Assembly (NCBI RefSeq): GCF_009914755.1
Contig: NC_060942.1
Direction: 5' to 3' (one strand)
Length of the DNA stretch: 64,000 nucleotides
DNA from: the human T2T-CHM13v2.0 reference genome, Homo sapiens
The notes below the pieces were generated by a model that saw nothing but the letters and a program-made list of their open reading frames with translations, was not told the origin of the DNA and did not search any database. Shown in pieces: positions 1 to 16,600 of this stretch. The translations under genes and the position numbers were made by a program. Numbering within the stretch: the first letter of the stretch is position 1; each line of letters starts with the position of its first letter.

Positions 1-3430
<3,430 letters not shown>

Positions 3431-3544
3431 AAGTTTCTAATTATCTTCCCAGCTCTGCTCAGGCAACTCTTCCTCTGAGGATCCTTCCAGTGACAATTCA
3501 AGAATTAGCGACTCAATTCCCAGGGTCCCTTAGACCTTCGACCT

Positions 3545-3698
3545 GCTTGTGGGCAATTTGGAAACAAGGATTGTGCCTGAATCACCTTTGCATTCCTAGC
3601 ATCGTTTTTCCTGGATAATAATTTGTTCAATATTATGTTCAATAATTGTTCAATTATTCAATAACAAATGTTCAATAAATGTGTGTTAAATGAATGAC
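3545..3698 (+). mobile_element. L2 3' end with a local (TGTTCAATA)-like tandem expansion
   Basis: Ends in tcaataaatgtgtgttaaatgaatga, the typical L2 terminus. About five degenerate tgttcaata units lie at 3625-3677. Confidence 0.6.
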
Positions 3699-4614
3699 CA
3701 CAGCTCCTATAGCAGGTAGCTGACTTTGTGTCTCCTCAACCAATCTCTGAGCTCTTTGAAACAAAGCCTATTTTGTTTGAATGTAAATTTATCATCCCAG
3801 TTTCTGGTACAGGGTAGGGAACTAATGCATATGTGGTGAAACAATCAATGCCTTAGTGCTTATGAAGAATATCACTGTGTTACACAGAAGCATGGAATGA
3901 CTAATGTTAAGCTAAACTCAAGTTACTTAGGGAATATTAACTTGCATTTATTATACTCTGGGGGAAAACACATATATGTGTATATATGTATAACATATGT
4001 ATGTATACACATATCAGAATTTGTATATGAGAATGTCTGATTACTATCAAAATACTGTGATTAAGAATTAATTGCAAGACTTTGTAATTAAAGGGGTCGA
4101 CACCTCTTATGTCTCCCTATTTCTTGTATTTGGATTATCTCTTTCCCTGCCTATGCTAGATATACAAGGTGATGCCGTGATTGTGTCTGATTTAAGCACC
4201 ATGACAGTGATTTGGAGTAACTGTGAAATTATTCATTTTGTGTTTTTTCCAAGCCTTCTGTGTTTCAGTTGCACAGACTGCTCTGACACTGTTAGCGATG
4301 GCAATCAAATGCCAGCACAAGAAGCAAGGGGGCACAAATGAAGCTCCTGATGAGGTCTATTTACAGTTCTTGCAGAATATTATACGTTTTTTACTTCAAA
4401 ACCTCTAGAGTTTTTTATTTTTAAAACTTTGGTGTATTTGAGAATTGGGGCTGGTCATTTCCTGGTATGGCTAATGGTAAAATATCAGCCCTTTCTCTTG
4501 TTAATTCATTTGAGGGAGATTTCGTTAAGAGGAAGATTCAGTGATGAACTCATGGAGGGAGAGCTGTACCTCTGGTTAGGCTCAGGAGTCGAGAGTGTGA
4601 GCTATGGAGTAAAA

Positions 4615-4810
4615 GTAGGTGTTTTCAAATCTGCGTCTACTGTTCCTGATAGTTAAACACTGGGCAGGTCACTTACTTTGTGCTTCTGTTTCCTCAGCTG
4701 CAAAAAAAACTAGTACTTGCTCCATGACATTGTGAGGTTTAGAATTAATCCATGCTTACGACAGTGACTGTCAAACCAAAAGTACACAATAGATACTATC
4801 TGTTACTATT
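4615..4810 (+). mobile_element. MIR SINE
   Basis: MIR core: ctgggcaggtcactt...ctgtttcctcagctgcaaaa...ttgtgagg. Confidence 0.7.
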
Positions 4811-5036
4811 GTTCTGTTTTTTTATTCTTTATATTGTTTTACATCTGAGAACTTCAAAGAGTATTTGATACAAATATCTCCACTGATAAAAATATCAGTA
4901 GAGAAATAGGATAATTATGCTTAACCAGCTCACATGTTATCAAGCAATTAACTAACTAGCATATTAAAGTTGATCATGTTTTGATTGATTTAATAGAAAA
5001 TGAAATTTATTAAAAGTGACCTAATTTATCATCTAG

Positions 5037-5354
<318 letters not shown>

Positions 5355-6348
5355 TGGTTTGACTCCGTTTTATTCAGTAAGTTGTTAGATTTGGGGCACC
5401 CCAAGTTAGCTATCAAAGAGATGAAGCCACTTAAGTAGTCCTATATCTCCACGAAATGTAATAAAACCAGACCTTTTGATAACACCCAGAAAGGTATTCA
5501 GGGATGGGGGAAGTGGGAATATTGTGAACATTGTCATCAGGATGGGCTGGGTTTGAATCTCAGTGCATCACTTCACACATGAAGTAAATGAATTATTTTG
5601 AAACAGAAGCTCCTAAACTTTGTCCTGTGATGCTATAGGTTCCCAGTGCTTTGAAAAGAACTCTTATTTATCCCATTTTGTTGTCTTTATGTAGATGATT
5701 AAGACAATTTCTTACTGTAAGTAGAAAAAAGGGAACAAACTCAGTATGGGAAATGTACATGGGAGGAGGAAGCAGAAGTTAAGGGAGAGAATTCAGAGTA
5801 TTGGATAATAAGACACAGGTCTTGGCAGGGCTTGTTCTGGCACTATTTCACAATTAACCAAATGTGTCTTGCAAATTTCCTCTCCTACTTATACTTCTCC
5901 CTAATACTGGGACACACATATCCCCTCTTGAAGCTTAGGGCTACAATTTTCTTCATCGTCTGATAATCCTCAGTTTATATTTTCTCTAGTTATTTTTGTT
6001 AACTGGAAACAAAGCCTGTTAACACTAACATGTGTTAGTCCATTAGTGAAGGTTTTCACATATTTATTCAGTTAGTTTGAGCTGATAAAGACAACTTTGG
6101 AAATTTTTCCTTTGTTCCTGAAAATAACAAATATGAAGAACCCCCACTTGCTGGTTTCTACAATAGATTCCGGCACTTTTAAAATTGAACATAAAGTGTT
6201 TTCCATTGAGGCTCTACACTGGAAAGCAAATTATTTGATGAGCATGTGTTTCTTAAAGCAAACAAATGATGTGACAGTGCTAACTAGCCTGTACATATTT
6301 TTCCTTAGTGCGTGTTAATCAATTTGCCTACTGGATATATAAAATATA

Positions 6349-6729
6349 TGTGATGGTTAATACTGAGTGTCAACTTGGATTAGATTGAAGGATGCAAATT
6401 ATTGATCCTGGATGTGTCTGTGAGGGTGTTGCCAAAGAAGATTAACATTTGAGTCAGTGGACTGGGACAGGCAGACCCACCTACCAGCTGGGTGGGCACC
6501 ATCTATTCAGCTGCCAGCAAATATAAAGCAGGCAGAAAAACTTGAAAAGGCTAGACTGGCTTAGCCTCCCAGCCTACATCTTTCTCCCATTCTAGATGCT
6601 TCCTGTCCTTGAACATCAGACTTCAAGTTCTTCAGTTTTGGGACTTGGACTGGCCCCTTGCTCCTCAGCTTCCCAGTGGCCTACTGTGGGACCTTGTGAT
6701 CATGTGAGTTTAATATTCCCTATAAACTT

Positions 6730-6766
<37 letters not shown>

Positions 6767-6835
6767 TGTGTGTGCGTGTGTATATACATATATATCCTAT
6801 TAGTTCTGTCCCCCTAGGGAACCCTGACTAATACA
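6349..6835 (+). mobile_element. MLT2A (MLT2A1-like) ERVL solo LTR with internal (TA)n/(TG)n
   Basis: Starts tgtgatggttaatactgagtgtcaactt and ends ccctgactaataca. Flanks atata/gtata are a near-match 5-bp TSD. Confidence 0.9.
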
Positions 6836-7186
6836 GTATACAAGTCAATTCTCACTTCGTTTTCTTTATAAAATTTGATTTTAGTGGTTTCTTTGTATCT
6901 AAAATTATTTTCTTGTGTCTAATTTTAGTCAATAGTATCAGTCTGAATTCTAGAAAAAAAATATTTTAACCAAAGTCTGATTAAAATTGAAAAATCCATA
7001 ACTGATTATGTTGGATCTCCTGGTTTCCAAGCCAATAAAAACTGATGGTTTCCAACCCGATCAAAACAGATAGTTTCCATTAGACGTTGTTGTACACTCT
7101 TTACTTTACATGTTAGTACAAGTTTGCTAGGAAGTCTTAAACTGGGATTAATACAAAGTTGGATTTCTTTAATTTTTTTTGAATTT

Positions 7187-7385
7187 CAGTGTTTCTCAAT
7201 GTATGGTCTATCTTCTAATTTCATTAAAATTGTTTGGAGATGCTTATTTCAAAAGAGTCAGATTCCTGGACTCCACTTAAAACTTGCTGAATCAGAATAT
7301 CTGAAGTTGAAACCAACAAATCCATATTTTTAACGAAGCTTTCCACTTAGCTCTATGCATGGTGAAATTTGATTTGAGTGCCACA
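7187..7385. mobile_element. MER5A-like hAT-Charlie MITE
   Basis: cagtgtttctcaa terminus and the internal cagattcctgg...ctgaatcagaat...ttttaac motifs typical of MER5. Confidence 0.65.
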
Positions 7386-9595
7386 GGCAAGAATTAATGG
7401 AGAGCTCAGTAGTTATTAAATGAGCTAGTTTAGAAAAAAAGGAAACATGGAAAAGGGCAAGGAAAATTCAGGCTGGATGATCAGTGTGTGAATGACAGAG
7501 ACTCAAATGCTGTCCTAATGCACATAAGCTTTCTTCCTGTTTTATTTGAAAATCTTTTACTTTGTATGAACAACCGATATTCAGTAAAATACTTAAGAAT
7601 GGCATTTACTTTTTAATTCACAAACGAGTATATTTAAGTACATTCCTACAGGAGAAAACAATGTTCTTAATAAAGTTGATGTGAGAGGTACATTGAAGAC
7701 ATGGGACAGTGTCATTTCTATGTCCTATTACAGACTTATTTCCCCGTCCTTTAAAAATCTTGAAGCCAAAGTGAGCTCCTGCTAACGTTTCCCCATCCAC
7801 TTATATTGATTTGGTTAAGTATATATATGAAAAGGAGACAAACATTTCCAACAAATGTAAAAGCCCTAAATTTTCTTTAGTTAATTACATGTACAGTAGA
7901 ACTACAGAATCTTCAACATTTGATTGAAATGCCCTCTGTCATTTTCCGAAATAGTTTAATAATCTATTTGGTATGATTTCCTTTTATCTCAGTTTTGCTT
8001 TGTATTTATTTAAGAAGTTTGTCAGCAGTCTCCAAAAATTTTTGCTCAAGAAAAGAAGAAAATATTTGTAAAACTACCCTTGAGATTTGTTATATATGGA
8101 AGTGGTAAAATATTTGATGTAAAGCCAACATGAGAAGATAAATAATTCATGTAGTCTATTGGTAATTGGCAATATGAGATAGGAGCAACATAAGTGAAAT
8201 GAATCTCTTTGGTATCATTTGCCCAGTGTTAACATATTTTACAGACACTAATGGTACACAAACAGTAAAGTTTAATGATGGTTTGAATGCTGATTGTACC
8301 TAAAAGATGTTTCAGGTCATACAAATATTCTAAAAGTGATCACAGAGTGAGCTATCTGTTGAAATAAACATTACAGGATGGCTTAAGGTCAATTTAATTA
8401 AATACATATAGAAATCTTTTTGTAGTTGTATGTATCTAGCAACTGCTCAGTCATTTAAAATCTGTTTACTTCTCAAATATTTAGTTCTGGAAAAATAGTA
8501 AAATGGAATGTGTCACCTATTAGTGCAACCATTCATCAAAGTTAATTAACCTTTGATTCAATCAAAGGATACAACAGCAAGTTTCCATTTATTTGCTGGT
8601 GGGGAGGAGGGTAATGTCATTACTTCCCAGCAACTCTCTTAGGACTTAGAAACATCTACACAGATGCTTAGACAATGTACAATATCTCATATCAGAGAAA
8701 AGTCAGAGTAAAAGTGGATAAACATGATTAATTAAATAAATTATACTTGAAAAAATATCACTTTTCCCTTAAACATCAAATTCTATTTTAGAGTACTTTC
8801 ACACTGTATTTTACATTTAATAAGGTTGTTACCACCCAAATTTTCACTATTCTTTCATGGAAATGTAAATAATGAATAGATAAGATAAAATATATTTTAG
8901 AGAAAAGGACAGTTGATTACACCTTGTCCTTACCTAAAGTATTTTCATTTATCCATCTGGTGTATCGTAAATCATCACCTTGTGAAATAAAGATGACTAG
9001 ACCTCAGCATAGCAAGATACATCTATTTTTAATCAGTGCAACTGAATGATGCTGCTACGCCAAACTGATCCAGGCAGGTTGCTTATAATATGCAGGGCAT
9101 TGTCATCCAGCTGCAGTTATAGTGACAATCTGAATAGGAAGTGGAAACTCAAAAGCCTTTCACCAGATGGGAGATTGTATTTATTCCTGGCAAGCAGATG
9201 TCACCAACTTCTCTTTCTGACTAGGCCATGTACTTATTTTACAGAGAGAGGCGGTAGTTGTTGTAGGGTATGTTTATTGAGAATTTCAATTTCCAGTTAA
9301 ATAAAAAAACTCCTCATGTAATAACAGCTAATTAACAAAACAAAAAAAAAACATTCTTTTGTGACTTAAGAAAACTATTCAACTAACTTTCCTTTCCCTA
9401 TTTCATGAGCAGACTGCCATGACTCTGGTTCTTGAGTGTGGGTGGTGACTGTGAAGAGGTAAAGGAGATAACACCACATCAAGCCTCCCTTGGGGCAGCT
9501 CAGAGTGTGACCCCACTGTGAGGGGAGCTGGGAGAAGGCCCTTCAGTCCGCAGTAGCCTCAGTCTTAGTAGTTCTAAATTTTGGTGTAGAGTCTT

Positions 9596-10213
9596 TGTCA
9601 GAAGCATTAAAATCCAATTCTATTGCGGTATTTGTCTAAGAGAAGGCCCTCATGGAGTGGGCTCTGGAATAGGAGGCTTTTGTATTCTCTCAGAGGAACT
9701 CTACATGAGGCATCCTAAAATTTGCACAATTCTACCTTTCCTCCACCAACTAAACCTCATGGAAGGCCGCATGTAAAACACATCAAAGCAACATCCCTAA
9801 GATGAGCCTACCCCACCTTCAAGTGCCTGCCTAAGAAAACTCAAGGCTGCCAAAAAGAATTTTTTTTGTTTCAGCCAACGCCTGAGGATGGAGTCTCTCT
9901 CTCCCAGTCCTTGTGGGAGGACAGAATCCTAACTTCAATAATTGCCACCTCACAGACACAGTTGACCTAATTGGATGTACACTGACTAACCTTTTGTAAT
10001 TCTTTGTAATTTTACACTTCCCTGACTCCACTAAGCCCCTGCTCACCCTGCTCCCTAATTCTTCATTCTCCCCCTAAAATGCTCGGTCACTTCTATATAA
10101 ATGGAAGATGAGTTCAGTTCACGCTGGACTCTTTTCCCTATTGCAGTAATTATTGCTGAGTAAAATCTGTCCTCACCACTTAAACTAGTATCCAGCTTTA
10201 TTTATCTTTGACA
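9596..10213 (+). mobile_element. ERV1-class solo LTR (MER67/MER31-like)
   Basis: tgtca...tgaca inverted termini, TATA-like ctatataaa at ~10092, AGTAAA poly(A)-like signal at ~10159, and a MER4-group style 3' end. The subfamily and left boundary are uncertain. Confidence 0.6.
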
Positions 10214-10520
10214 TAGGTTGAACCATACAGCAATTTGTTCCCTAGCATCATTTCTCTCACTACCTATGTACATTCAAATATGCCTACAGGTCATTTTCTA
10301 GTCTTTTATTTTTTACACAGATACAAGGATTTATATTATAAGGATTACTATTCCCCCATCTCCTTTTTTTCCCACTTACCAATTCACTCAGTAGATGTAC
10401 CATATTCTCAGTTACTGGTTTTTGGTGGACATTTCTATTCCAGTGTTGTGTTGTCACCACAATATTGTGGTGAATATTTGTGCACATGTAAATGTACTTA
10501 TAATGGTAGATTTTAGTGCC

Positions 10521-10606
10521 GTGTGTGTGTGTGCATGTGTGTGTGTGTGTGTGTGTGTGTTTGAGAGAGAGAAAGAGAGAGAGAGACAGGGAGAGAGAGA
10601 CAGAGA
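10521..10606. repeat. Compound (TG)n-(GA)n microsatellite
   Basis: Directly visible. Confidence 0.95.
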
Positions 10607-11869
10607 GTTTTAATTCTGAAGCCTAAAACTTTAAAAGTCTAACCAACTTACAACCTGAGCAGGGTGTATGAGAGTTTTGAGAGCACTCACATCATCACCA
10701 TGTCTTCATTACACCTGATACTCTTGATTGTTTTTCTCAATTACATAGAAAGAATACTATACTTTAGTCAGTTTTTTTTGTTCCTCTGAGTAGTACCATT
10801 AAAAAAATTTTAATGCTTCTTTAGAAGAATGACACAAATATATATGCACAGACATTTAACAAAACTCTCCTACCTTAACTGGCCAAATAATAAGTCTCAT
10901 GACAAGTCTGCAAGTATATTTCACAGCATTCTTCTCTGGCGTAACGCCACATTACATAGTGCTTGCATAAGATTCTTCTCCAGACAACCAATCTCTCAGG
11001 CAGTGGAAAAGTCACTGAGTATTTATTTTGCGTCTGACCACTTTTTGAAATTACGAGTATTTTGCTTATCATCCTCTCTTAAACCAGTCTTGTTTGTTAA
11101 ACTGGCTTGGGACAACTGAGTTCACTGTTACATCATAATTGCTGTCATTGTAGTTCTCATTTTCCCATTTTTTTCATATTGGTTTGTGTTTCTGATTGAT
11201 AATTTGAAAGGTAATTAAACTAGTCTACTACCCTATGAACAATCTGTGATGTCTAAAGTTTTACAAATTAGTCTGTTTCTATACAAAATAACATCAAGCT
11301 GAAACTCATTTATCAATGTACCATGGTTTTTCAGGTGATCAAAGATGACTTTTAACACAATTGGAACCAAGCTGCTCATAAGAATGACAAAAAAAAAAAA
11401 AAAAAACAACAGACAACTAATTTGCACTTGCTTAATGTTGGTCAAAATGCAGTGGAACCTCGTGTTCTTTTTCATCAATATCTCTTGAATGTGGTCAAGA
11501 GCCAGAAGCTCAGCTGCATCAATTATGTGAACTTGTGTGAATCCTTTGATTATAATCATGTTGTCAAGATCCAATTATGTTTCATTGATAAAGCAAGAAA
11601 TGGCAATAATAACCAGAAATATTCTAGAACTGGAGCTTTCAACTACTTGAGCGAATTTCTGTTCTTATTATGTTGTGGACAAAAGCTTAATGTTAAGCCA
11701 GTAATTGAACTTTAGATTTTGTAGGAAAAAGTAAATGATGACCCTGATATTGGAAACTTATAAACTCTCAAGATTTAATACCAAAGAAATTTATGTGGTC
11801 AGGGAATACTCTTTAAGGGATTGATGTTTTAGTTGGTAGCTGAATAACAAGAACAAACTAGCCATCATA

Positions 11870-14270
11870 GAATTTGGGAGAAAGTCTTCCAGGCAGAGTG
11901 AATAACAAGGGAAATATCCTAAGGCTAGAATTAGCAGAGTTTTCAAGAAACAGAAAGAAGTTCACATGGAGCCAAGGCTAGTGAGCATAGATGAGGGTAA
12001 TCTGAGATGAAGATTGTGAGACTAGCCCAACAAGATTATGTATAGGCCCCTTGTACCATGGCAAGGGGTTTCAATTTTATTATGGGTACAGTAGAACACA
12101 ATTAAAGGAGTTTTCACAAGAATAGCAATGTGATTCTGTCTACATTGTTAAAGAATCACTTTGTCTATTGCATGCAGAATGGACCATGGACATCAGACAC
12201 AGAGGCAGGGAGATAAGAAGCTGTGTGCAGTTGTGCAGGAAAGAGATGATTGTACCTGGACTACAGTGATAGAAGCAGAGATGGGAAAACAAAGGGAGAG
12301 TTTAGACAAGCATTAAAGGTGAAGTTCATAGTAGTTGTTTGGTTGTAGTCAGTGAGGAAAATTATACATTCAGAAATGACTCCTGGAATTTTGGCTTAAC
12401 GAATTAGTGTGGGTGGATGATATTGCTATTTACAGAAATGGTAAGTATTAACAAAAAGACAAATTTGTCTCTGGTTTTGAACATGCTAATTTCGAGAAGC
12501 CTGTAAGTTACAGATCTCTCATAAGCAATTAATAGTAGCAGTCATGGGGAGGTTCAGGCTAGAGAGAAAAGTTTGGAATTGTCAGCATATAGATAGTATT
12601 TAAAGCCATGACAGGAAGTGAAATTAAAAAGATAAATTGAAGGAGATATTGAAACGAAATGAAGTATAGGCTAACTCCTTAGGGATTCCAGTGCTTAGGG
12701 TTTTATTAGTAGGGAAGGACTCCTTATGTAAAAGAATGAGCTGAAGAAGAGAAAAGAAGTGGCCAAGTAAAAAATAAGAAGAGAAAGTTTCACAGAATAC
12801 AAGAGACAAAAGTGAAGTATGAGAGAATGAACAAGATTATTTAACAGGATAAGCACTGGAAAATATCCAGTTGAATTAGCATAGTAGATACGATCTTGGC
12901 AAGAATAATTTGTGTCGATTGATAAGGACCAAATTCTCATTGGAGAGCATGGGACAGTGATTAGGAGAAGTGGTAGGCAACGGGTTTGTAGAAAATGCTT
13001 CCAAAAATTCAAGAAGGGAAGTAGATAAATGGTGTCATAGTTAGAAAAGGATGTGAAGAAAGAAGAGCTGTATTTAAATCTGGAAAATTCTGGAGTAGAT
13101 TTCTGTACTTCTGGCAGTAATTCTGTAGAATAAGAGTGGTAAGGCAGGAGAGGAGATGCCCACAGAAGTAAGGCGCTTAATGAGGTGATCTAGGGTGTAA
13201 TAGAGCATATGGAATATTGGACTTGCCAGGACATCTCTCCTTTGGACAAGAACAAAGGAGAAAATGGAAGCAAATTCAGGTTAGGTTTATAGATTTAGTC
13301 ATGAGTATGTGGGGCATAGAACTTACTCATCCCACATATCTGCAACTTTAGACCTCTTGACCTCCATCTCCACATTTCCTCCCAGCCTCTACACCTCGTA
13401 AGTACCATTTTATTCTCTATTTTTTTATATTTCACTTTTTTTAGAGTGCACATACAAGTGTGAATTCTAATTATAATATTGCATTATGTACTGAAAACAT
13501 GCTAAGAGTGGATATCATGTATTCCTACCACAAAAAAAATGGATAACTTTGAGATGATGGATATGTGAATTTGCTTGACTACAGCAAGTATTTTGCTATG
13601 TTTTAGTATATCAGAACACCATGTTGAACACCTTAAACATATACAGTAAAAAAGAATAGGTGGCATATTTCTTTTGTGAGGCCTTCAGTATTTCAGTGGG
13701 ATATGACACAATGTTCTGAACTGGGAGTGGAAAGGGGGTTAAGGAGAGCAGCAGACTTGCGGGGAAGAAAGAGGCATGAAATATTCATTTCTAAAAGTAT
13801 AAAAGTACACTTAAAAAAAAAGCATGGGATTTCCAGGAAGTATTGAGCACCCATTTGCAGTTCAAGATCATGAATTTGTTGTGATACCAATCTGGTCAGT
13901 TTCAAGTTTTTTCTTGCAAAACTTCACTGCCTGAATACAGATACAAAGAAAGTAAAAGTTTATCTCTCAATTTGTAGATTTTCTGGACGTGTAATGGAAG
14001 CATGAAAGGTTTGCAGGTTGGTGCAAAGGAGTCATTATAGTGATGCATCTTTAAATTGAAGCTGGACTAAGAGGAAGTGAGATCTGGAGTCAGTGGTGGG
14101 GTCAATGGATTGAGGGTCTGAAAATGATTGAAGTAGTGTTTCTATGAGACTATTTGAGAAAATGAGCAATATAAATAGGACATTTGTGTTTTGAAGGGAG
14201 ATAGTTTCTGGTGATAGCTAGACCCAGAATGTAACCATGAGAGAATATGGCTGAGGTACAGCAAAGGAAA
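11870..14270 (-). mobile_element. Degenerate L2 LINE, interrupted by an L1MA insertion at 13319-13653
   Basis: Purine-rich antisense L2 signatures (ttccaggcagag..., gatgattgtacctggactacagtg, atgactcctggaatttt). Confidence 0.7.
13319..13653 (+). mobile_element. 5'-truncated, 5'-inverted L1MA9/10-like 3'UTR insertion
   Basis: 13319-~13461 is antisense L1MA 3'UTR and ~13462-13653 is the sense 3' end with an A tail. Degenerate TSD gagtatgtggggcata / gaataggtggcata. Confidence 0.7.
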
Positions 14271-14284
14271 TGGACCCAGGAGAC

Positions 14285-14920
14285 TCATTCATTCATTCAA
14301 CACTTATGTTTTGAGTGCTTCCTGTGTGCCATGCATTGTTTTAAGCAATAGATTGACAGCAGTAAAAAAACAGACAAAAACTCCCTGCTCCAGTGAATTT
14401 CACATTCTAGTGGATAAGAGAGATGACACACGTGGTGTGTGTGTGTATAATATCACTTTATTTTACATATATAAAATTTATATTATATATCTCTCCTATG
14501 ACAGGATTCACAATATATATGTATGTTTATATGTAAAATAAAGCGTCAGATGTGACAAGTGACAGGGAATAAGAATGGAAAGGTAGCCAGAGGCCTGATC
14601 AGGTAGAAGTTCTCAGTCAGGATAAAGAGCTTGACGTTTTTTCTTTTGTGGTAGGATGTGACTGCTGGATTTTGAAGTGTGTGTGTTTGTGTGTGTGTGG
14701 TGACATAATCAGATTTATATTTATACATGCATCACTACAGCTACTATCTGGAAAACAGACATTTTGTGAACAGGAGACAAAGCCTATTGAAAAGCTTCTG
14801 CAGCCGTCCAGGCAAGAGATACAGGTTCCTCCTTATAGGAGGGCAGTTGTGTTACAGGCAAGAAAAAGCAATTGAATTCAGGTATAATTTGAAGGTAAAA
14901 TGTAGGAATTCTTGGGTTCT
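14285..14920 (-). mobile_element. L2 3' end and body fragments
   Basis: cattcattcaacacttatgttttgagtgcttcctgtgtgcca is the reverse complement of the L2 terminus. Confidence 0.7.
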
Positions 14921-15203
14921 TGAGAGGTGTTTGAGAAGTGGCTCTTGGTGATTTGCTCAGCTCGTTCAACCTCAAGAGACCACTTCTGCACAACTACCTG
15001 ACATACTCAAAGTTAAAAGTTGGCAACTCTCTTCATGTTTATTATTGCACTTAATTGTTACAACAGCTCTATTTGGTAGGTGTCATTAACCACCATGCAA
15101 ATTAATTAATATTACATATTATGGACTTTGTAGGTGACTTGATGAATCAAAACAAGAGACATTAAATTTACAGATTTACAGATGCCAAGGAAATGCTGCA
15201 TTC

Positions 15204-15503
<300 letters not shown>

Positions 15504-16477
15504 TGCATTCATTTTTTATCATTTATCTTTGTTTGACTTGATTGCAGCTTGGAGTTAAATTGTTTTGAGAAATTCATAAGGCAACGTACATATATTTAGT
15601 TTAACTTCAGAACATTCTATACAGTTTCATTCCAAGAGAAATTAAAGAGACAAATTTGGGTCTACATAAAACCTCACAAAATGTTTTCTGCTCACAGAAA
15701 GACACTGGTTTCCTTTCATGGTTAAACATTTTTGTGGGTGCAGACAGTTCTTAATCCCGCCTTCAGATTGTAGGACCTATCAAAAATAGAATATTTGTAG
15801 TTGAAGAAAGAAATCTTGATTTGAAATTACTTTTACTTTTGGAATCTTTTCCTGCATTTAACACGTAAATTTTGGCAAAAAGCAGTGACTGTCATTGGCT
15901 TTCATCCACGTTTCCTCGAGCACTAGCCTCTCTTCTGGCTGGGCTAAAGAGCAATTAAAAGCATCCTGAGAGATTCATCAAAATGGTGTTGGAGTGAGAC
16001 AAGGCTCAAGGGGTTGAGAAGTCAGAGTATCGGAGGACTGTTCTTGTAAATATTAAAATAACTCAACATCCTGTCATGAAAAGTGTGATGAGGAGATCGT
16101 GACCCAGGTCTTTAAAACATCAATAACAGAAAGGAAATGACAAGGAGTTCAGTAAAAGCCAGTAATGATGAGGGAGCAAAGTGTTAAATGTTAATGGAAT
16201 GGATCTCAAGTAGTGAAACCTTCTAGAGGAGTAACGGAGAGGTAATGACGCGTGTAGCGCCTGTGGAAAGCAGGAAGTTGCCCACTTCACATGCCAGGTG
16301 TGAGCTTTTAAGAATGTGTGAAAATAAATACCTTCTGCTTGATGGCAAGTGCTCACAGGGGATTTGCTGGCATTCAGTTAGGGCAAGGAAGTGGAGGGAA
16401 CTTCCAGTGAAAGGGCTGGGGATGAAGGAGGGTGTGCTGTTGCTGGAGTAAGAAATTCAGAGGATGCAGTGCAAAGT

Positions 16478-16600
16478 TGTTATTATTCTCATTTACCACC
16501 TTGAGGTAAACTGAAGCTCAGAAATAATCATTAATCTGAGTCACAGCACTTCTAGGTGGCAGCAGAATTTGACTCTTTATACAATTTTGTGGCTCCAAAA
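16478..16600 (-). mobile_element. MIR fragment
   Basis: attattctcattt...gaggtaaactgaagctcaga...gtcacagc...gaatttgact. Confidence 0.65.

Noticed and set aside
3600-3700. Short spaced repeats as a CRISPR-like array
   Set aside because: This is eukaryotic DNA with 9-bp degenerate units and no spacers, best explained as an expansion of an L2 tail.
11233-11715. Overlapping 113-aa and 97-aa ORFs with faint RNase H/RT-like words (AAELLAL, NYVNLCESFD)
   Set aside because: One ORF runs through a poly-A/T tract and neither has a coherent domain.
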